In this document: one piece after another, positions 63,314 through 64,000 of the stretch
Layout of the letters: each line of letters begins with the position of its first letter
Position numbering within the stretch: the stretch's first letter is position 1
From: the human T2T-CHM13v2.0 reference genome, Homo sapiens
Strand: one strand, 5' to 3'
NCBI RefSeq assembly: GCF_009914755.1
Contig: NC_060927.1
DNA length: 64,000 nucleotides
Notes under the pieces: model-generated
What the model was told of the DNA's origin: nothing
Database searches by the model: none
The model's input: only the letters and a program-made list of their open reading frames with translations
Made by a program: the position numbers and the translations under genes

Positions 63314-64000
63314 AAGATCATTTGATGTTCTTGGGTGAATGGCCACTTTCACCTGGATCCCACCAATTTTTGGTGCCCTAGGGAGCATGATCCAGAGTTC
63401 CCTCAAGACAGAGGATGTGCTAAAGGCAAACTCCAGAGGTCATCCTATCCCCATGCCTTCCGCCTTTCTAAAGAGAAGCTCTTCTGCCCTGCTGTTACCA
63501 CTCAGTACTCTAGATTAAACCTGTTCCCCACGTTCATTCTGTACCCATGACTATATTTCTGCTTCCTGGAAAGTTGTAGCCATAGGAATGAAAAACTCAC
63601 CAATCAGTTGTGGTCTTCCTGAGGCAAGTCAGTCACCTTCCTACTCTGGTATCTTCCATGGCTACCAGCTGGCCACAGAACCAAGCACTGACTCACCAGC
63701 CTCCAGTCTGGTTCCTTTTCAGCCTTTTTGCCACCCCTACAGCCCATACTACATCATCCATTCTGGCCATCTCAGATTCTTCCTTGCTAGCTCCCACCTT
63801 TCCCTGCATCCAGTCCTCTGTACTATTTCATCTATTTGAACACTCTTTTCTCCCTGCATCCTGGGTCTCCATTCAAATCTTCCTCTTCCCTGGAAGTACA
63901 GCTTCAGTGGTTAACATCACAAAGCAAAGCTGACTTCAGCAAACTTTCCAAGACAACCAGGGACCAACACAGTTCAGATTAAAGGGGATAAATAAAGTGG

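Overview
Primate (most likely human) genomic DNA, almost entirely non-coding and very Alu-dense (about seventy Alu/FLAM copies or fragments by eye). It also carries L1, L2, MIR, MaLR/MER21/LTR33/LTR8 LTRs and a decayed MLT2-flanked ERVL provirus. No intact protein-coding gene is supported: nearly all track ORFs are Alu or microsatellite read-through. Recognisable gene-derived elements are a U6 snRNA pseudogene split by an Alu (10103-10538), a BC200/BCYRN1-type retrocopy (38625-38770) and a processed RPL23A pseudogene (39500-40614). A housekeeping-type CpG-island promoter with a probable + strand first exon lies near 60.4-60.9 kb; I could not name the gene. I found no evidence of a new multi-gene biological system. 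The most unusual signals are retrotransposition anomalies: an RPL23A retrocopy holding a ~110 bp copy of unique DNA from 3 kb away joined through 8-nt microhomology plus an in-frame 66 bp triplication, an L1 3' transduction, and a tail-less Alu with a perfect TSD. There is also a tentative chain of minus-strand splice sites. Repeat family names and boundaries come from recalled consensus sequences and are approximate.
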